DNA of 64,000 nt. Origin: Psammoneis japonica (Eukaryota). The position numbers and the translations under genes were made by a program. Shown here piece after piece: positions 53,501 to 64,000 of this stretch. The notes beneath the pieces were generated by a model, which had not been told where the DNA came from, ran no database searches, and worked only from the letters and a program-made list of their open reading frames with translations. The stretch spans positions 1 through 64,000 of the forward strand of contig QPGO01000205.1 in NCBI GenBank assembly GCA_008632985.1. The letters run 5' to 3'. Every line of letters starts with the position of its first letter. Within the stretch, counting starts at the first letter, position 1.

Positions 53501-54480
53501 TGATGGCTGCAAAAAAGGCAGCACACAGGACCACTCATTGAACCCAGCAAAAAAAGTTTCCTTTGACTGCCAAGCTTCTTTTGCCCACAGATGATCTTGA
53601 GATGGAAGGAGGAGCTGCACTGCAGATTGTTTTGCCTTGTGCAAATGATGCACATCATGCCCCTGCTGAACAAACCAGGAGCCTGTCTTGAGCTGTGAGG
53701 AGAGCACTTGGGTCATTGTCATTGCACAAATGGTTGAGTTTGGCAGCACCAGCAAACTGGGGGAAGTGTTGGCACCCCAAACAATGAGAGCTTGTCAAAA
53801 CCAAAACTGCCTCATGAGAGGATTGACAACACCCACCAACAAGAGTGTGCTCTCTGGAGATGAGGTGCAAAGTGGTTCTTCTCAAGCAAAGCCTGGTGGT
53901 GACTTTTGCACCTGTGCAAATTTGGAAATGTGCACGTGCAGGAAAAAACAACAAGCAGGACTTTGGAGCATCAGCCACCCTTGCAGAGAGAATGCACAGC
54001 AAACAGTGCCAAAGCTCACCTCTGGCACTTGCCAGGATCTGTGCCCACAATGGCTGCAGCACTGTCCTTGGAGCACTTGTTGGGGCAGCTGTCCTCAGCA
54101 TTGTGTGCCTCTGCACCACACTTGGTGTGCCCGCTGCCCTCTGTCCAACCCTCTTGTTGTGCTGAAGAGCTGTGGGACAACAGCTGCTGGGAGCACAAGT
54201 TGTGTTCACTGGGCTGTGCCAAAGTGTGGGGTGCCTCCGTGCCCATGCTTCAGTGGATCCCAATGATGCTGTTTTATGTCCCTCAGTGTCTTGCCTCTTT
54301 TTTTTTTTGCCACACAGCAACATCTGATCAAAAGCAGGGGCTTTTGCCGCAGCGGCTCAAAATGGCCGGCACCTTTGTTCTTGAGCTTTGGCAGCTTTTG
54401 TGTCTGGTTCCTGATGAGGTCTCCTCTTTCCTGTTGCACCAAGCGCGGAACCCGAAGCTCTTGCTGAAGCGGTCGGGAAG
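50600..54480 (-). repeat. TpA/CpG-depleted island F containing two copies of the unidentified repeat (50600-51070 resembles 54100-54480)
   Basis: Example: gctgaagaactttgggacagcag...ctgtgccaaag versus gctgaagagctgtgggacaacag...ctgtgccaaag. Confidence 0.78.
52969..53230. repeat. Approximately 130-bp tandem duplication
   Basis: cagcttctttttgcat...ctgctgacatgctggagtttg...tgtttcagac occurs twice. Confidence 0.85.
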
Positions 54481-54682
54481 AGAATAACGGAAAGTTGTAG
54501 GCAGGGACGGGTGCAAGAGAGAAAAGTTCTAAGAGTACCTGTAGCTACTTGTTACCGGGGGTATTATATGATATGCAATATGCAGTACTAGCTAGCTTCT
54601 TAGAGAAAATCATTTGGCTGTTACCTGCTGGCTAGCTGATTCTCAGAGCTCGACAATGAAACAGCAATCCACGGTGAAGTTA

Positions 54683-55546
54683 CTATTTGTCATCTCCCTT
54701 GTCTTTCTTACCGCCGAAGATTTTGCCGGCAACCTTTTTCGTCACGTCTCCAAATTTATAATCGTCCTTTCCTGTAAAGCTCTTTACCGCCTTTTTGGCG
54801 ACATCACCGACACGATAATTCGAGTACTCTTCGTCGCCCAAGTAGTCCTTCATCCATTTCTTTCTGCGTTCGTTGATCTCGCGAGTAACATCACCAACCT
54901 CGTAGGTATCCTTGTTGGCGAACTTTGCAAGTCGATTCTTGACTCGGCCCTTGAACTCTCTAGCCAAGTCTCCCACCTCGTATTCTTCCTTTCCACAAAA
55001 GTTCGCAACCGTTTTTTTGACTCGAGCGTCAATCTCAACACTCAAGTCGCCGAGTTCGTACTCATCCTTTCCGGTAACTTCAAGCGCCATTTCCTTGCTC
55101 GTCTCTTTGACCAACTTGGCAATGTCACCCAGCTCGTACTCTTCCTTTCCACGCAAATTAGCAACCTTCTTCTTCATCCGAGCATCCATGTCCTTTGTAA
55201 TGCCAGCCACTTTGCCAGAAACGTCAACTCCTTTGGATTTGATATCCTGTACGAGTTGGCTACTCGCAAGCTTGGAGAGCTGAATTCGCAATTCATCCCA
55301 TTCATCATCTTCCACAAGGTCTTCAATGACATCTTCCTCCTCCTCCTGTTCCGTCGATGATGTGGTGTCGCTCGATTCCTCGACCTTTGCATCCTCTTCA
55401 GCCGACGATGAAGTGTCGCTGTATAAGCGCGACGAACAATGAGGAGCGACACTACAAGTCAAAGACGGTCGATGGAACGTAGGGACTACTCCAAAGGCAG
55501 CAGTAGATGCCACCAAGCAGGCAAGCAGTAGGCCGAGATTCTTCAT
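54683..55546 (-). CDS. Plastid-targeted protein with repeated GK(D/E)EY(E/K)(L/V/F)GD motifs
   Basis: Signal peptide plus ASAFAP-like STAAF motif and Ser-rich transit peptide; six repeats of about 22-24 aa. Confidence 0.8.
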   Translation of the reverse strand: MKNLGLLLACLVASTAAFGVVPTFHRPSLTCSVAPHCSSRLYSDTSSSAEEDAKVEESSDTTSSTEQEEEEDVIEDLVEDDEWDELRIQLSKLASSQLVQDIKSKGVDVSGKVAGITKDMDARMKKKVANLRGKEEYELGDIAKLVKETSKEMALEVTGKDEYELGDLSVEIDARVKKTVANFCGKEEYEVGDLAREFKGRVKNRLAKFANKDTYEVGDVTREINERRKKWMKDYLGDEEYSNYRVGDVAKKAVKSFTGKDDYKFGDVTKKVAGKIFGGKKDKGDDK

Positions 55547-55869
55547 GGCGAAAACGACTTTTTGTTAAGAGAAGGAACGCACCATGCACTTCAAATGTGT
55601 CAAAACAGCCTGGTCGTACCTTGCTTTCTTGAACCAAAACTTGACGCCAAAGATATATCGAATGTTCATTTTCCCGCTTCCTGCGCGCCATCCGCGCCGT
55701 CACGTGTTCCGCCAATCCCGTTTCTGCAGCTATGGGGCCCAACGTCATGCTTCCACGAGTAATCACAACCCCCCATTTTTTACCAAAATGCAACTCCAGC
55801 CGACTAATGTTTGTCTAACAAGAAGTTCCCAACAAGTTTTGGGGTCGCAAGTGTTAGGTTTGGTTGGCA

Positions 55870-58800
55870 ATAGAGACGTCACCAAAAATCGTCCCGCCCC
55901 GGTGCTTTCACGTGCAACAAAGGCACCCCACAAAAAGTTGGCTCCATTTCCAAATGCCCAACACCATGAACAATGCATGCCTGGTGCATTCTTGCAAGAC
56001 ACCAGTTCAAGGCATTCACACAACGAGCTGATGGATGGCAAGACGATTGGAGTTTCTGAATTTTTTTGTGCTGGAAACTTCGTGCGCACTGCACGCATCA
56101 TCGCTGAAAAACGGCGACATGACGGTGGTGCATTGTCACAATGACAGCAATGACAGCAACGTGTCCCAGAGTCTTTTGTCATCACAGACATTTGGTTCAT
56201 CAAGTTCAAGAATGCATCCAGTCATGACAGTCCCAGGGAGCAATCTCCGCTCGAAAGCAAAACATTGTCGCACCAATGCCGAGCTCTGTTTCCGACCTGC
56301 CGCTGTTGTGCATTCATCATTGAACAGTTGAGACTTCGTCAGGGGGACTTTCTTTGCATGTTCATGTTCTAAACAGTGTGATCTGTCATCATGACAAGTG
56401 CCCATTGCAAAGTCGTCCTGCATGAGCTTGAGAAAAATGTCGTCATCATCGTTGGCGTCGACAGCAATTTGTCGCGCAAATCACAAAAAATGCACGACTG
56501 TTGTCTGTCTGACATTGTGCATTGCACCACTGTGTGCTCATTGTGCGCATGCCTTAAAGAGCAGGAGACCAACAATGCTTGCACCTCAGGCATTTTGTGG
56601 CTCTAGCCGGGGTCAAAGTCCAGCCAGTTCTTCCAAAAAATTCGAGTGGAGCGGGTCATGCGGGATTCAAGACACATGACTCGGGGTGCAATGGACCCTT
56701 TCTCAACAAAGAGATGGCCAATGACATCAACACAAAGCACATTTTATGGCAACAGTCTTCTTTGAAAGTCATCATTGACATTGTGACAACTGTGTTTGAC
56801 CTGTTTCATGTTTCAAATGGACGAAGCAATCCATGAAAACACATTTGCAAGCCACACTTTTCCATTTTCAGAATTGACAATTGCGTCTCTGCCAACAATC
56901 TAGCAAACACACAAGCAAGGGGGCACTTCCATCACCTGACTTTGTTCTTCCACAGGAGAGTGTCATCAATGGGTGACTTTTTCAACGTTGTTTGACTGCT
57001 TCTTTTGAACAGTGCGCCAACTTCACTCTGCATTTTCACTCCAAAATCCACCCCATGCCTCACCCTCTCCCACTCAAAAACACTGGCTGATCGCATTGCA
57101 GTTGCTTCATCAAAGTCTTGAAAAATGGTCCTCTTGTCATTGGCGCTGCTGAAACGGGTTTGACGATGGGAGTGCAACATTGGATTCGTCGATGAGCTCA
57201 CACGACAATTGACGCTGTGAAAATTGGCTGCATCTGCATGACAGTTGGGTGAGACAACAAGTGGCAAGACTTTGGCACAACAAGAGCTCCGCTTCAATTG
57301 TGCGTCACTTGCCTTTGCATGTCCGCTGGCTTTTGCTCTCAGTGGGTGTCAAAAATCCGGCAAATGAGTGGTTGATGAAGACTCGGTGCGTGACATGGCG
57401 TCATGAATGACTGAATTGTCATGTTTGTCAATGGCTCCCCACAAAATCAAAATCATGGAGAACACACTTAGATTCCTGTCCAACAGATGCCAATTGATTG
57501 CATGCCAAATGCGTTTTTGCAGAGTCAAAGGTTTGGACAACTTTCTTGGCATTGCAATCATCACCATCATTGGCACGAGTTCTGATCAAATTCCCTGCAA
57601 CAGCACCGCGGTGACAGTCTGCATGCTCATCAGGAGTGCGGGTTGGGACCCAAAGCAGCACGGGCTTGGTTTGAAACAACACACTTTTGGCTGGCTTTGC
57701 TTTTCTCAGACTGCTTTGACGCAACAACCCTGACACCACGCAAGCCTCACAGCAGACCCACAATGAGCATCTCAGACCTTGCTTGTGAGCACCAGTTGTG
57801 CAACAGCATCAAAGAAGTGCAGGCTGTGCAGAGCTTGATCTTGCGCCGGCAGGTTCTGTGAGCACCCCACCCCACAACAAAAGAAAGAGGAGCACACAGC
57901 AGCCCTGACAAAAACCACTTCAACATGCACTTGTGTTTGAACAACCATGGTCATGTTCTGGCCAGCCATCAAGAGTCGACAAGCAACACACACAACACAG
58001 AGCATCAACAACAAAAGGGCAACACACGCAAGATTTGAGCTTGCATCAATGAAGACAATGACCTTGAAAGAAGACTTGTGATTTGGAGCAAGACAACATG
58101 CCTGGCTGAGTGGCAAAAACACCAGCTGCACACACCACAGCTGCCAGTGTCGGAGAGCACTGTGTGGTGGCAAGCAGTGGCAGCAGCATCTGCTGTCTGC
58201 TGTCTCTGTGCACTGAGGAGTGCATCTGCTGTCAGGGTGTGTTGTGGCAAGCAGCAAGAGCAGTGCATTGATCTGAGGCTGGCAAAAGTGGCTCTGGCTC
58301 CTGATCCATGCTTGCATCATGGGAGCACATTTTGATGCCAGATCCCAAAGGCAAGGACACATGAGCTGGATTGCTGGCAATGGCAGCACTTCCACCCTGC
58401 TTTGCCTGTGCAAAAGCTCCAAAAAAGGAGCCCCAAGTGGCCAAGGTTGCAAACACCACATGTGGGAGATCCCAAAAATTGGGCAAGTCACTCAAGAAGT
58501 GTGTCAGCTTTTAAGAAGTGTGTCGACTTTTAAGCTCTCTCTGCTTTTGCACAAGCAGCCTTGTGCAGTGCCTTGCAAGCAAGTCATCGAGCTTCTCTTT
58601 GTTTGATCTTGAAGAGTTGGTTTCCACTGTGGTGTTGTGTCAATGGTCTTGAGCAAGCAAGAATTTCATGCCAGACTGCAGTGCTTCTTGAAATCCTCGG
58701 TGCACTTGTGTTTCTCAAATGAAGTGCAGCCCCCTTCATTGTGCAGCCACACTTCTGGCTGCTTTGCATGATGCGTTTGCTCTGCTCCTGCAGCTGCTCT

Positions 58801-61800
58801 TTGGATGGTGCACAAGCAGGATTTTTTCCAAAGATGCTTGGAAACAACTTTCACGCCTGCACACATTTCACAACAAAAAGCATGGAGTGCAACATGCAAG
58901 TCCCAAGAAAAACAACAAACTCCTTCAACTTTGATCATTTTGACAATCAAAAGGCAAGTGCACACAAAAAAACAAAAGTTTTGGGTGCATTTGCCTTTCA
59001 ATTTGGGGAAAAAATCATTTTGAAGGAGTTCATTGTGCCAAATGAAAAAATGGCCCAATGATGGATCGCGCACATCTGTGCATCACCCAGAGCTGGAACA
59101 GGCCCAGGAGACTTGTGCACATGCAAAAACCTTTTTTTATGAGATTTTTGATGTTCGTTTCCATTGAACACAAAAAACACATTTGGGAGGAAACTGCACA
59201 TGCCCAATCAAATTGTTTGACTCTCACACTTCACTGTGGTGAAATTTTAGTCACAGACACTGGGGCAGGTTGAGTCCTCTGGTGGTTTGCAGTGACCAAA
59301 GACTTGCTCCAGACTCAGGTGCACACATGCACACAAAAAATGCTCGTTTTTGCATGAAATGCATGGTCCCAACTTGTGGCGCCATTCTCGTTGAACGTTG
59401 CAAGATGATGATTTTCAAATGTGTGATGGCATGGGCACATGCAGAACGGTCTTGTGCGTGTGCCCATGTCAATTTTTTTTTAGGGCGCATTCAATTTTTG
59501 GATGTTGAATGGCACCGTAAGATGTGGGCTTGATTTTTCACCAGCTTCAATGAAATTTTTATTTGCCTGTGTTGAGCTTTTGTTGCAATTGAGTGACAAG
59601 CTTCAATGGCTGCATGGGGGTCAACACTGGTGGAGTGTCTGCTGACACAAGGCACCAAAATGGAGGATGAAAGAAAGCCACGACACTTGTGCGGCAAGCA
59701 GCTCCCATTCTGATGGCAACCCATTTCATTTCTTGCACCTCCATTCACTGGGCAAGGACTGCATCTCTGAAAGCAGAAAAGGTGGTGAGTCACAATCCTC
59801 TTCTTCCTTTCTCACCCCTCATTTCTCTTGCAATGTCACATGCTCTCTGGTGCTGCCACCCCATGCGCAGCAGATGAAGTGTCCAGAGTGCAGCAAGAGC
59901 AGCCTTCAATTGGTGCTCTTTGTCATTGTTGGCATCCAGAGGGAGTGCTTGTGTCATTTGGCCATCAACTGGAGCTTTGTTTTTGACTTGGCAATGCCAT
60001 TGCCACACCATTCAAAGTGGCAACATCTCTGCTGGAGCCAGCAGCCAAAGTGGGTGCATTCCCCAAAGACAAAACAGGAGCAGCGTCTTGCCTTGAGGTC
60101 TGTTTGTTCTGCCCAGTGCTGGATTTGTGCCTGTGCGGCCAATGCCTTTGCAGCAAGGCATGTGTTTGTTCATTGCTTTGACACTCTTTTGTGTCAGCGT
60201 CTGCAGGTCAGCACAAGCCATTGGACTGATTCAACAAATTGCAAAAAAAAGTTGTGCAGCTGCTTTGTGAGTCAAGGAGCAAACATCAAGAATTTGATTC
60301 AATCCCCCCCTGCGTGTTTTCCCAAAGAAATGCATTTGTCAATTTCAACCTTTAAGACTGAATTAAATCACAAAAAAATTTTGATGGCAAATTTGGCATC
60401 ATTTTTTATGAAATTGGATGGTGCACAAAAATTCTTGTTGTCAGATGCAAAAAAGGGGCAAGTGTGTGCCACCCAAGTCAGGAACAAGTTCAAACATGCT
60501 GACAGCAGAATCCTTTTCTGTGGCAACATCATGGCCAGGTGGTCCAAGGCACATGTGCAGCCCATTTGACCATGGTGGCAGTTGCTGCCAGGAAAAGGAA
60601 AAAACACATGTGCACAACACATCTGGAGCTTCATCTGTCCTGCATTTTGCATGGCATCAGCACAGTTGCGAGAGCAGCTGGATCTAATCCAGAACAATGG
60701 GAGCAGCTTGGCTCAGCCAGCTTGAGAGTGCAGCATGCCACAGAGAAAGCCAAGGTGGCACATTTTGTGCAGGGCACCAGCACAGCTGTGAGAGTGTTCC
60801 CACAAATGAGGACCCATCAGCTGGGTCTGATCAAGAACAATGGGGGGCAGCTTGGCTCAAACAGTGTGGGTGCACAGCATGGAGAAAGCCAAGGTGATCA
60901 AAGTTGAAAGGAACCATGTGCAGGATGGCAGAGTGGAGCCATGGACCTCTCCAGTTCATCAGTGTTCAACTGTTTAAGCTGCTTCTCCACAGCCTCTTTG
61001 AAGCTGGCATGCAGGGTGCAGAACGCTTTGCTGCTTCGGCAAGAATCTCCCTTGCCAGTCATTTTGCAGTGATGTTCTGAAGCAATCCTGAAGACAACTT
61101 CTCCTGAGAAAATTTCCTTGAATGCATGATCCCTCATTTTGATCACACAGGAGAGGTGCTGCAGCAACCTGCAGTCTTGCAGCAGTTGTGAGAGGAAACT
61201 CTGGATCAATGTTGTTGCTTTTGTCCGGCAACTGCAACAACAGAATCTTGTGCAACAAGTGCTTTTTGAATTGCCAAGATGGCCTCATCAGCCTCGTCCA
61301 TTTTGTGGTCACTGGCTGGATGATGCAAGAAGAAAATCTTTTCTCGAGGCAATGCATGTGTGACAGGTCTCACACCTGCCATGTGACAAAACATTTTTGC
61401 AAAGAGACCAAAACAAAGAAAGCGCAACAACAAGTGGCAAACATCAACAGGAGCTTGCCCTTGCACTGCACTCATCTCTTCAGAGGTGAGAACCATTGTG
61501 CAAGTTCTGCAGAGATGCACACTCACAACTGGAAGAGTGCTTTGCGCCTTGCTCTCAATCATCAACTGTCGGTTGCCGCTGGAGTGCTTGTGGACAATGC
61601 CTTTCAGGAATGCATGACAGCTTTTTGGCATCATGCCAAAAAGGATCAATGTAGATTGGCTTGCTGTCAGGAAGAGGGTGCCATTTGTGATTGTTCGTGC
61701 GCCCGCTTTTCCAGCTCTTGCCACGCTTCTCATGAAAACAATGAAGGCAGCTCCTCTTGGCTGGCAGACGGGCTCTGCCTCTCATCCCACTTTTGGACTT

Positions 61801-61950
61801 CCTTTTTTGGCTTGAGAATGGCAACACGCTGCTCATCCATCACCTTGTTTTCATTCCATCGCTTCTGCTTCTCTTTCGGCATGGTTGCGACTTGCTCAAC
61901 GCGAAGATGAAATGTGCTTCTACATGCATGACATTGTGGCATGTAACACA
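55870..61950. repeat. TpA/CpG-depleted degenerate repeat island G
   Basis: Composition; fragmented coding-like remnants not assignable by eye. Boundaries approximate. Confidence 0.75.
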
Positions 61951-62783
61951 CACACGCAAACACTTCGTAGATTCGCACCAGTGCGCCACAATCGTTTCTC
62001 AAATGTGACATCTGTAAAAATCTACATGCAAGCAGACACGTGTGTTTCTCACTGGATTGTTCTTTCTCGGGAAAGGCGCGTCATGCCATTTCGCACACTT
62101 GCACATCTGATCCGCACTGTAGCTTCTGCTGTACGCAGTCTAGTGAAGAGACTGGTGTGTTCCCTGCTGAATGTCACAGAGCGCTCAAGAAGCACGAAGC
62201 GCAACAGAAGACAACACAAAACCGACCGCATCTTCTTTCACGACGACGCTATCGATATAAACCATGTTGTTTGCCAAAGAGGTTTTACCTTCCTTTGACT
62301 CTTGGAAACGTGATTTTGCACGCTCAGAGCATGTGAGCAAGACAACGTCTTATCATGCTGCGGTGATTATTTCGCACGATGTCTTCCAGTCACGACTCAA
62401 CGTCATTCTGGTTGCATCTCACGACTGCAACCCAGACTCAGATTTTCTCTTCGAAATAATTGGCTCATCACAAAATCGATTCAAACAGAAGCAACGACAT
62501 TCGTCATAATTTCTAGACAACGACTTTCAACAAGCGTCTGTTTACCTCTGTCGCTGTTCACATTGCTGCCAACCTCCGAGGTCTTGTCCATCCTACTCAG
62601 CTGTGGGACTGTATCTCGACTGGTTGTAGAGACCAATTTACGCGTTGACGAGAGCTCCTGACCGAGTCATCGTCACGGACGCTTTCGGTTTTTGATTTTG
62701 AAGCAAACCCGGGAAATGGCTGAGTCTCTCTTGCTTCTCTCATCTTCACTCTAACAAGAACCTCCCATGCTGCACTCTCCATC

Positions 62784-64000
62784 ATGGCTGCCATCGATCC
62801 AGATGTTCTGGCGAAGGCGTTTGCCGATGCAATGGCCGCCAACGCCGCGGCGACCACTCCTCCGGCTCCAACCAAGCCGTTGCGTGGTGGAATTCACCCA
62901 ACCCACGGGGTTTACATTGGTGGTTCCAAACTCAACAACAACTGCGAACAATCCAACGATAGAACCTGCCGATTCGCCTCTCAGCGCCGTCATCCCAAGG
63001 CTCTCGACTCGATAGAACGATCTCTCCGCGATCAACAAGCTTCCGCAATGACTTCCAAGTTCAACGGTCGACTTGAGATTTCGGACGGTCCCATCAACGA
63101 GCTTGACAAGGACCATTTCGTCAAGACTGTTCGAGATCTAGTAGAAGCCCACGGTCAGCAGACGTTCTACCATGTCAAGGACAGCGACGACAAGGTTCAA
63201 CATATCTTCGACCATCTTCACGAGTTCACTGTGACCGATCTCGTGAACGAGTACACGGTTGGGAAAACAGCTGCCGATGACACCAAGTACGACGAGATCG
63301 AGCTCGACGACATCGGGCTCTCTCAACTTCTCGTTCACTCAAGAATCACTAATGCCTTTCGCGAGAAAATCGAGACCAAGTTCAACCATCTTTCGGACTG
63401 CCAAGACTACCCTGGATCTGTTCTCTTCATGATGGCTCTCGACACTTGCAATGCTAGCGCTCTAACGGACATTGAGACGGCTAAGAAGCAGCTAGAAGAC
63501 CTTAGTTTGGTCAACTGTCCCGGCGAGGATTGCACGGACTTTGCTGCCGAAGCTCTTTGCATCGTGAAAATTGTGCAGACCGACTGCGCGCTTCCGGCAA
63601 ACACAAGCTCCAAGCTGCTCCACAAGATCTCCTCCACGTCCTCTGAATGCTTCAATCGCCGAGTCTACAACAAGCTCGACGACGTCAAGGCTATGGAACG
63701 CAAGTGCCGCCTCAAGAATCCTGCTGACATCGTGTCCGATAGCGATTGCAGAACGCTCGGACCAGTCGGCATCATTGCGTGGATTCAAGAGCAACACAAC
63801 GAACTCGTGAAGGATGGGGAATGGCCTGCATTAGTCGCCAAGCTACCCGAGAGCAATCTTTCGACTACGGATGACCCTGGGAAGACGAAGCACTGTTATG
63901 GTTGCGGTCTCGAGGGGTGCACCAAGAAGACGTGTCCGAAGTGCAACGCCAAACCGCCGCGCGACGATCCTCCTCCCAATCCGCCGCCTGCAGCCGACCC
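62784..64000 (+). mobile_element. Gag ORF of a second diatom Copia-like retrotransposon (5' part, runs off the right edge)
   Basis: Stop-free frame from ATG 62784 to the window end, absent from the ORF track: MAAIDPDVLAK...PGSVLFMMALD..CPGED..GEWPAL..CYGCGLEGCTKKTCP (zinc-knuckle-like). Confidence 0.8.

Noticed and set aside
54614..55360. 248-aa plus-strand ORF (and similar antisense ORFs over real genes, e.g. 9575..10252, 27158..27631)
   Set aside because: Antisense shadows of better-supported genes.
61930..62780. 5' LTR/PBS of the second Copia element
   Set aside because: Plausible by position, but the partner LTR is outside the window and no clear PBS was seen.

Overview
Eukaryotic, intron-containing DNA, most likely a pennate diatom (inferred from an ASAFAP-type plastid signal, a bipartite-signal Cdc48, diatom-type Copia elements and LRR-TM genes). 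The window alternates between normal gene blocks and about seven repeat islands. Gene blocks encode a PA-domain secreted protein, an O-fucosyltransferase-like protein, Cdc48, a CaMK-like kinase, NAPRT, clathrin light chain, two tandem LRR-TM genes, a WD40-like protein, a plastid repeat protein and hypothetical proteins. The islands are almost devoid of TpA, and the older ones also of CpG. Main finding: repeats appear to have undergone context-specific, double-stranded TpA->TpG/CpA (A:T->G:C) hypermutation, the opposite direction to fungal RIP. This is visible in the two LTRs of a complete Copia element (42093-48944), where 9 of the 11 TpA sites of the 3' LTR read TG or CA in the 5' LTR, and in Tyr->His/Cys changes in conserved pol motifs (YVDD->CVDD). 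A younger Copia gag at the right edge is partly converted with CpG intact. All counts are by eye, no database searches were run, and the assembly appears to contain single-base indel errors.
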